39,977 bases of DNA from Candidatus Woesearchaeota archaeon (GTDB lineage: Archaea; Nanobdellota; Nanobdellia; Pacearchaeales; GW2011-AR1), in contig CAZKUJ010000002.1 of the NCBI GenBank assembly GCA_964555925.1, forward strand, positions 1 through 39,977, in the 5' to 3' direction. How positions within the stretch are numbered: the first letter of the stretch is position 1; each line of letters begins with the position of its first letter. A program made the position numbers and the translations under genes. The notes under the pieces are model-generated. The model had not been told where the DNA came from. It worked only from the letters and a program-made list of their open reading frames with translations, and did no database searches. Positions 34,432 to 39,977 of the stretch are shown here, piece after piece.

Positions 34432-35994
34432 ATGAAAAAGAGTTTGATTTGTTTGATTATTTCTATATTTCTTTTGCTTCCAATTATTAGTGCTACGACA
34501 ATTAATGCACCAAGTTGTTCGCAGACTGATGTGCAAGCTGCAGTTAATGCAGCGCAAGATGGAGATACTATTCTTGTGCCTGTAGGCGCGTGCACATGGA
34601 CAACAGTAGTAACTATTGATTTGTATTCTCCTGCTAAAGCTCTGACAATAAAAGGCGCTGGCATTGGGTTGACTAATATTACTGATTATGGTTTTGATGT
34701 GAAAGGAGGAGATGGCAAGCCTTGGCGCATAAATGGTATGACTATGAAGGGAAGCGCAGGCTTTTTCGTAGAAGGCGCATCAAAGAATTGGAGGATTGAC
34801 TACATCTACTTTGATCATGTGACAGGCAAAGCAAGTGCTTCTAATCGTATAATCTGGGTACAGGCATCAGGCACCCCTTCTGATTATAATAGTGGCGTTA
34901 TTGACCATTGTACTTTTGACAATGCCAATAACATAGTTAATATTCATGTCAGGGATGTTAGAGGAGGTAATACTGTTTGGAATAGGCCTCTTGGCCTTGG
35001 AGGAAGTGATGCGGTTTATATTGAGGACTGTAATTTTATTCATGTTCCAATGGCGCTTTCAGATGTTGATTGTGAAAGCGGTAGCTATGTATTCAGGCAC
35101 AACACAGTAAGAAATGGTAACTTAGGTATGCACGATGCAATCATCGGTGGCTTGCGAGGGTGCAAGAAATGGGAGATTTATGACAACCTCTTTATTAATG
35201 ATCCTGGCACAGGCCTTTGCGGTAACTTCGGCTTGAGAGGAGGAAATGGTGTTGTGTTCAATAATGTAGCCCAGGGAAGGCCTGACTGCAATGACGGCAT
35301 CTGGATTCAAACCTATAGGACAACTCAGCTCGGAGGAGACCCTTGGGATGTTCTCTGCGGCAGTTCATCAGGAATAAAAGCCTGCCTGGGCTCAGACAAC
35401 ACTTATCCACGACGCTGCACTTCTGATGCTGATTGTGGAGGCATTACTGGCTCTTGCATTGACATTGACAATTCTAGCAACCCCACAGGATATCCTTGCA
35501 GAGACCAATTGGGCTGGGAAGGAAACTTGATAAGGACATTGCGCCCAGTATTGTTTTGGAACAACACAATAGATGGAGCCTATGCTGTCCCCGTAGTTGT
35601 CAGAGGCCCAGAATATGTCATGAATGGAAGGGAATATTGCTATGGACCAACCATGCCAACTTCTTGCGGCGGAGTCGCCACAACTTATGTGCCTTATCCC
35701 TATCCTCATCCATTAAGTGTTGCGCAATTTGGAACAGATATTTGTGGCGAAGGAGAAATAACAAAAGAATGCTGGTGTGAAGGATTGAAATCTGTTGGTT
35801 ATTGTTATCATGGATATTATTATTCAGAAGAAGGGGAGAGAATTATTCCACCACCTGCAGAAGAAGAGCAACCTCCTTTAGGTGAAATTGTAACAATTCA
35901 AAACATGCTTAATGCTTATCAAAGATATAAAAGAAATGAAGTTAGTATTCTGTATTTCTTAGACAAATTAAGAAACTGGATTATTTTTAGATAG
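34432..35994 (+). CDS. Array member 6: secreted beta-helix-like protein with conserved 3' cassette
   Basis: MKKSLICLIISIFLLLPIISATTINAPSCSQTDVQAAVNAAQDGDTILVPVGACTW. Rungs IDYIYF, IDHCTF, IEDCNF, FRHNTV, IYDNLF, FNNVAQ. TTYVPYPYPHPLSVAQFGTDICGEGEITKECWCEGLKSVGYCYHGYY. Tail VTIQNMLNAYQRYKRNEVSILYFLDKLRNWIIFR. Confidence 0.8.
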   Translation: MKKSLICLIISIFLLLPIISATTINAPSCSQTDVQAAVNAAQDGDTILVPVGACTWTTVVTIDLYSPAKALTIKGAGIGLTNITDYGFDVKGGDGKPWRINGMTMKGSAGFFVEGASKNWRIDYIYFDHVTGKASASNRIIWVQASGTPSDYNSGVIDHCTFDNANNIVNIHVRDVRGGNTVWNRPLGLGGSDAVYIEDCNFIHVPMALSDVDCESGSYVFRHNTVRNGNLGMHDAIIGGLRGCKKWEIYDNLFINDPGTGLCGNFGLRGGNGVVFNNVAQGRPDCNDGIWIQTYRTTQLGGDPWDVLCGSSSGIKACLGSDNTYPRRCTSDADCGGITGSCIDIDNSSNPTGYPCRDQLGWEGNLIRTLRPVLFWNNTIDGAYAVPVVVRGPEYVMNGREYCYGPTMPTSCGGVATTYVPYPYPHPLSVAQFGTDICGEGEITKECWCEGLKSVGYCYHGYYYSEEGERIIPPPAEEEQPPLGEIVTIQNMLNAYQRYKRNEVSILYFLDKLRNWIIFR

Positions 35995-36003
35995 TTTAAT
36001 TAA

Positions 36004-36013
36004 TTTTATAAAT
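36004..36013 (+). promoter_or_regulatory. Array promoter copy 8 (TTTTATAAAT, 30 nt upstream of the ATG)
   Basis: tttaattaattttataaattatgttttcttggaatagaa; same subtype as copy 5. Confidence 0.6.
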
Positions 36014-36033
36014 TATGTTTTCTTGGAATAGAA

Positions 36034-37761
36034 ATGAAGAAGAGTTTGATTTGCTTGATGATTTATATATTTCTTTTGCTTCCAATTATTAGTGCTGCGA
36101 CAATTAATGCACCAAGTTGTTCGCAGACTGATGTGCAAGCTGCTATTGATAGTTCATCTTATGGTGACACAGTATTAGTTCCTGCTGGGAGTGCAACATG
36201 GATTACTAAGGCACAGGGATGTTCTGGCGATACTGCACTGTGTATTAAAAAAGGCATTAATCTTAAGGGGGGCATAGGTGGAGAGACAAGCATCTCTCTT
36301 TCTGGTTTAGCACCTTACGGAGCTATCTACTATGAACCTGATTCCACATCAATAAGTAATAATACTCCGTTTGAGTTTACAGGATTCACCATAAATGCAA
36401 ATAAAATCACATATCAAGAAGGGGTATTGGATGTTAGCAATTCAGGAACCACCCCCATTACTAAAGTAAGAATCCACGATAATACTTTTAAGAATGAACT
36501 TGCGGAGACAATTCAAATAAACGGCCCGGTATACGGCGTGGCTTATTCTAATTCCTTTATAGACTGCCAAACTGTTATAAGGACGGCGGGAGGCGATGGC
36601 AGGTCTTGGAATCTGAACCAAAGGGAATATGGCACTAGAAATAATTTTTTCTTTGAAGACAACACGGCAATCGCAACCACTGCCAAATCAACTGGTGCGT
36701 TCACGGCTGGCCAGGGCGGAAGCATTGTAATTAGGTATAACACCTATGATTTGGGACAGCTCTTGTTAGATGGAAACCAATGGCAAGACCTTCATGGACT
36801 GCAGAGCATGACAACTATTGATGGTAATGTGCAATGTGGTTACGCTCCATATAATGTTCCTAATTCTTGCCTACCTGAAGTAAAGTCTTGTGAGCAGTGG
36901 TCACAAATTAAATCAGAGTGGTATGGGAATATTCATACAAACTTTCGTAATCCATATAGCACAGCCCAAGAATGGATGCGTCTACGTGGAAGTTGGATGT
37001 TGATGTTTAATAATGTCATAACAGGAACAGGAATTATGCCATTACCTGATATTTATCAGTATTCTTGTGATAGCTGCCAGAGTGGCACTGGGCTAAGATA
37101 TTCCATGCATGTTCAGAATACGTATGTTTGGAATAATGTTGGGAATGGAGTTAACAGACCAATTTATGTCCTTCAGGACAATTGTGGAAGTTATGCTGTA
37201 GGCACTCCTTACACGATTACAGAAAATGTTGACTATTGGAACTATAATTCAAATATTCTTGACGGAAATACTCAAAAAGGAATAAATTGTGGGAGTTCTC
37301 CACCTACAGGCAGCTGTTCAATAGGAGATGGTTATTGGCAAACTTCGTATTCTCCCTGTTCAATGCCCCCTGCTGTCATGGCAGATATGAAAACCTATAC
37401 TCAAACAGGAAAGTTCTATAAATGCACTGCACCAAACACCTGGACAGAATATTACCAACCTTACATTTATCCACATCCATTAAGAGTTGCTCCATCTGGA
37501 ACAGATATTTGTGGCGAAGGTGAAATAACAAATGAGTGCTGGTGTGAAGGATTGAAAACAATTGGTTATTGTTATAATGGATATTATTATTCAGAAGAAG
37601 GGGAGAGAATTATTCCACCACCTGCAGAAGAAGAGCAACCCTCTTTAGGTGAAATTGTAACAATTCAAAATATGCTTAATGCTTATCAAAGATACAAAAC
37701 AAATGAAGTCACTCTTTCATATTTTTTGGATAAATTAAAAAATTGGATTGTGTTTTGGTAA
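36034..37761 (+). CDS. Array member 7: secreted beta-helix-like protein with conserved 3' cassette
   Basis: MKKSLICLMIYIFLLLPIISAATINAPSCSQTDVQAAIDSSSYGDTVLVPAGSATW. Rungs IHDNTF, YSNSF, FEDNTA, IRYNTY, WYGNIH, FNNVI. YYQPYIYPHPLRVAPSGTDICGEGEITNECWCEGLKTIGYCYNGYY. Tail VTIQNMLNAYQRYKTNEVTLSYFLDKLKNWIVFW. Confidence 0.8.
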   Translation: MKKSLICLMIYIFLLLPIISAATINAPSCSQTDVQAAIDSSSYGDTVLVPAGSATWITKAQGCSGDTALCIKKGINLKGGIGGETSISLSGLAPYGAIYYEPDSTSISNNTPFEFTGFTINANKITYQEGVLDVSNSGTTPITKVRIHDNTFKNELAETIQINGPVYGVAYSNSFIDCQTVIRTAGGDGRSWNLNQREYGTRNNFFFEDNTAIATTAKSTGAFTAGQGGSIVIRYNTYDLGQLLLDGNQWQDLHGLQSMTTIDGNVQCGYAPYNVPNSCLPEVKSCEQWSQIKSEWYGNIHTNFRNPYSTAQEWMRLRGSWMLMFNNVITGTGIMPLPDIYQYSCDSCQSGTGLRYSMHVQNTYVWNNVGNGVNRPIYVLQDNCGSYAVGTPYTITENVDYWNYNSNILDGNTQKGINCGSSPPTGSCSIGDGYWQTSYSPCSMPPAVMADMKTYTQTGKFYKCTAPNTWTEYYQPYIYPHPLRVAPSGTDICGEGEITNECWCEGLKTIGYCYNGYYYSEEGERIIPPPAEEEQPSLGEIVTIQNMLNAYQRYKTNEVTLSYFLDKLKNWIVFW

Positions 37762-37794
37762 TTCTTAGTTATATTCTGCATTACTTTTATAAAA

Positions 37795-37925
37795 TGAGCC
37801 TGCTCGGATTTGAACCGAGGACCCCTGCCTCTCTTAGATAAAAATTTCATTCCAAGAGATATTCAATTCTTGTGAATTGTTTTCTTATAAGAGCAGTGCT
37901 CTGGACCAGGCTGAGCTACAGGCTC
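37795..37925 (-). tRNA. tRNA-Ile (anticodon UAU) with 55-nt intron
   Basis: Acceptor GAGCCTG/CAGGCTC, D arm GCTC..GAGC, anticodon stem CTGCT/GGCAG (one G-U pair) with loop C-T-TAT-A, variable GGGTC, T arm CTCGG-TTCAAAT-CCGAG, discriminator A. The intron is at 37/38. Confidence 0.8.
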
Positions 37926-38045
37926 ATTTTATTCGCCTTCACTAGTTTCCTTTTCTTCTTAAGGAATTTAGGAAAGAGCTACAGGCTTCTTAATTTAATT
38001 TGTTTCTGGTGTATTAAAATTTATCTAGAATAGATTATTTTGCAA

Positions 38046-38237
38046 TTAATTTTTGGAGGGAAATAAAGCTTTTAACATCTTCCTTAAATTTTCATCAAGA
38101 AAACATATATCTTCTGCAGCAATTTTTTCTATGAATTTTGTTAAAGCACCGCGACCAGTGAACCCTGTGTCATCTGCTTTTTGCATTAATTTCTTTTTTG
38201 TTTCAAAATTAAGATATATTTTAATCGGTTGCTTCAT
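38046..38237 (-). CDS. Ribbon-helix-helix (CopG/Arc-like) DNA-binding protein
   Basis: 63 aa. A beta-strand (IKIYLNFE), helix (TKKKLMQKADDTG) and helix (GALTKFIEKIA) give the layout typical of RHH regulators. It is divergent from the large ORF at 38519. Confidence 0.55.
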   Translation of the reverse strand: MKQPIKIYLNFETKKKLMQKADDTGFTGRGALTKFIEKIAAEDICFLDENLRKMLKALFPSKN

Positions 38238-38518
38238 TTTCCCCTTTTTTGATTGAATTTTTTTGTAAAAATTAGTGCTATTTCAAAAAGTCCCTAATTT
38301 TTAACTGATAAATTAAGGATTTTTGCTTTTATAAATTTTACTTACGTGTGTTTTTAGGAAATTTTATCGTCGAGAAAATTAATTATCTTTTTTACCTTAC
38401 GCATTAAAAATGTAAGATAACAGATAAAAACGAAAAAAGCCCTAATAGGCCTAAAAAATCTTAGTTCAGGCCCTAATTAGTTCCTAATATTTATGATTTA
38501 TTTTTGGTATTTATTTCT

Positions 38519-39977
38519 ATGTCAGGTAGCGTATGGTATATTTCATTTAGTAAGGAAAAGATTGAATTTAAAAAATATCCTACAAATAAAAAAAATAAGA
38601 AAAAAATAAATAAAAATTCTTCTAAAAAATTACTGATTAATCTTTTTTTAACTTTTAATTTGATTGTTTTTTTAGCATTTGTTTCTTCAGCTGAAATAAA
38701 TGATACATTTCATATAAATCTTCAGACAACATATTCAAACGGAACAATCCAAACAGGAACTTTTACTTTCTCTTTTAACATAACTACTAATTCTAATGCA
38801 AGTTGTTTGGGTCCGATTTTATATAATCATTCTGTAAGTGAAACCACAGATGTTAGAGGGATTGTTTCACTTTATATTCCGCAAATTGGTTCTGGAGGCG
38901 GTAATTTAAGTGCTTTAGATTATGATAAACAATACTATCTTTGTTATTATAGGGATGGAATTTTGAAAGATTTTACTCAATTGAGCAGAGTTCCATATGC
39001 GTTTAGAGCTACTCAAGTCAATCTTAGTGAGATAATTGTGGATTCTAATCTAACTCTTGGCGATTTTAATGTCAGTGCTAGCTCTGGTTTCTTTAGTTTT
39101 TTAGGCAGTCTTCTAAATAGAATTACAGGAATTTTTGTTCAGGATATTAATGCAAGTGGAGATATTTCTGTTGGGGGTGATGTCGACATTGCTGGTGATT
39201 TAGATGTTGGCGGTGATGTGGATGTTACTGGAAATGTAAGTGCTTCTTGGTTTAAGGGCATATTTAATTGGATTATTGGAACAGCTTCTCAAATTTATCT
39301 AAGCTTTAACGGAACACAATTGGATTTTAATGAAACTCAGCTTAATACAACAATTGATACGAGAATTTCAGGTGCAAGCGGAACACTTCATGTAAATGTT
39401 TCTGACTGGTGGAATACAGGGGATAGAGGAGCATTAAGAAATATTTCACAAATTCAGGGCTCATGGTTAGCAAATGACTTAAGCTGGATTAATTTCACAG
39501 ATGGAGATGGAAGATATATTCTTTTGACAGAAGAATCAAACCTAAATGTAAATAAAAGTGATTGGTGGAGTACAACAGAAGGTGATTTGAATGATGTTTC
39601 AGATATTCTGGGCTCGTGGTTAACAAATGATTTAGCTTGGATAAACTTCAGCCAAGGAGATACGCAATACTTGCTTATAACAGATGAAGCAAATCTAAAT
39701 GTAAATGCTTCTGAATACTGGATAACAGCTGAAGGAATTAAAAATAATGTTGTGGATATTCTCGGAAGTGAGATTACAAATGATTTAGGCTGGTTAAATG
39801 CAACAACTTTAGCTGCAGCAGAGACAGACCCGTATTGGACAGCAAATCAATCATCTTACTTTAACATAACACAAATACTTGCATTTGGATATTATAATGC
39901 AACTGATTTTGTAATAACAGATTACTTCACAAAAACAGAAGTTCTTGGATTTGGATATTACAATGAAACAGACTTTA
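38519..39977 (+). CDS. Large secreted repeat-rich fibre/adhesin-like protein (3' end beyond the right window edge)
   Basis: Not in the ORF track because there is no stop in the window. I checked codon by codon that the frame from the ATG at 38519 stays open to the window end (486 codons). It has a Lys-rich N-region and a signal-like helix (LLINLFLTFNLIVFLAFVSSA). It also has many N-x-S/T sequons, a GDISVGGDVDIAGDLDVGGDVDVTGNV short-repeat segment and three units of 51-52 aa. Confidence 0.75.
   Translation, partial: MSGSVWYISFSKEKIEFKKYPTNKKNKKKINKNSSKKLLINLFLTFNLIVFLAFVSSAEINDTFHINLQTTYSNGTIQTGTFTFSFNITTNSNASCLGPILYNHSVSETTDVRGIVSLYIPQIGSGGGNLSALDYDKQYYLCYYRDGILKDFTQLSRVPYAFRATQVNLSEIIVDSNLTLGDFNVSASSGFFSFLGSLLNRITGIFVQDINASGDISVGGDVDIAGDLDVGGDVDVTGNVSASWFKGIFNWIIGTASQIYLSFNGTQLDFNETQLNTTIDTRISGASGTLHVNVSDWWNTGDRGALRNISQIQGSWLANDLSWINFTDGDGRYILLTEESNLNVNKSDWWSTTEGDLNDVSDILGSWLTNDLAWINFSQGDTQYLLITDEANLNVNASEYWITAEGIKNNVVDILGSEITNDLGWLNATTLAAAETDPYWTANQSSYFNITQILAFGYYNATDFVITDYFTKTEVLGFGYYNETDF
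39386..39845 (+). repeat. Three in-frame tandem units of 153-156 nt inside the fibre-like ORF
   Basis: The unit is (N)LNVNxSDWWxTxxGxLxxVSxILGSWLxNDLxWINFxxGDxxYxLxTxE. The Ser codon of SDWW/SEYW lies at 39401, 39557 and 39710. The third unit decays after NDLGWLN. Confidence 0.8.

Noticed and set aside
24838-36040. CRISPR-like or IS-like interpretation of the regularly recurring ttaattaattttataaa blocks
   Set aside because: The repeats are spaced at gene length (1.3-1.8 kb) and coincide with stop codon, promoter and start codon of consecutive ORFs. There are no short unique spacers, no cas genes, no transposase and no terminal inverted repeats.
27852-37561. Antisense ORFs inside the array (for example 27852..28268, 28045..28305, 28891..29271, 30551..30937, 34413..34664, 35392..35709, 37376..37561, all minus strand) and short same-strand out-of-frame ORFs
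   Set aside because: All are fully nested in long sense ORFs with strong family conservation. The recurring antisense ORFs merely mirror the conserved sense cassettes (identical peptides such as MFSILHTSTHLLFHLRHKYLFQMEQ recur), and none has its own promoter block.
24838-37761. Diversity-generating retroelement (DGR) as the source of variation in the array
   Set aside because: The window has no reverse transcriptase and no template/variable repeat pair. The variable part is the large central core rather than a short C-terminal lectin-fold region. The few mismatches in near-identical tracts (t/c, a/g) are not adenine-specific.
37654-37761. Family tail as a PGF-CTERM/archaeosortase, PEP-CTERM or GPI-like sorting signal
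   Set aside because: Those signals need a C-terminal hydrophobic TM helix followed by basic residues. The tail is amphipathic and charged throughout, and in member 2 it is internal.

Overview
This is an AT-rich archaeal window, most likely from a small-genome DPANN-type archaeon. Supporting evidence: two-subunit archaeal PheRS, archaeal-type TrpRS, class III (pilin-like) signal peptides, TATA-type promoters about 30 nt upstream of start codons, and 55-81 nt introns at position 37/38 in 4 of 5 tRNA genes. Positions 1-24.8 kb hold housekeeping genes (pheS-HIT-pheT, pyrH, ppsA, trpS, an Rpp30-like gene), many secreted, membrane or pilin-like proteins, and small mobile-element traces at tRNA genes. 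Those traces are a partial integrase next to tRNA-Glu(CUC), a Fic cassette flanked by a 14-nt repeat of the tRNA-Glu(UUC) 3' end, and a 20-nt duplicate of the tRNA-Gln 3' end. The main finding is a 13-kb head-to-tail array on the + strand (24.84-37.76 kb), lying between tRNA-Glu(UUC) and tRNA-Ile(UAU). It contains seven paralogous secreted proteins plus one embedded pilin-like glycoprotein gene. Each gene has its own copy of the same TATA element exactly 30-31 nt upstream of its ATG. The paralogues share a near-identical signal peptide and N-cap, and a conserved 3' cassette (YTPYIYPHPL, Cys knot, Pro/Glu linker, 35-aa helical tail). Their beta-helix-like cores are strongly diverged. Near-identical DNA tracts switch partners between members (for example 187 nt with 1 mismatch and 166 nt with 1 mismatch), which indicates ongoing gene conversion and module shuffling. 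I interpret the array as a recombination-driven, variable surface or secreted-protein system, possibly for host interaction; this is inference. The right edge carries an RHH regulator, a repeated CCCTAAT motif and a large repeat-rich fibre-like protein that runs off the window.
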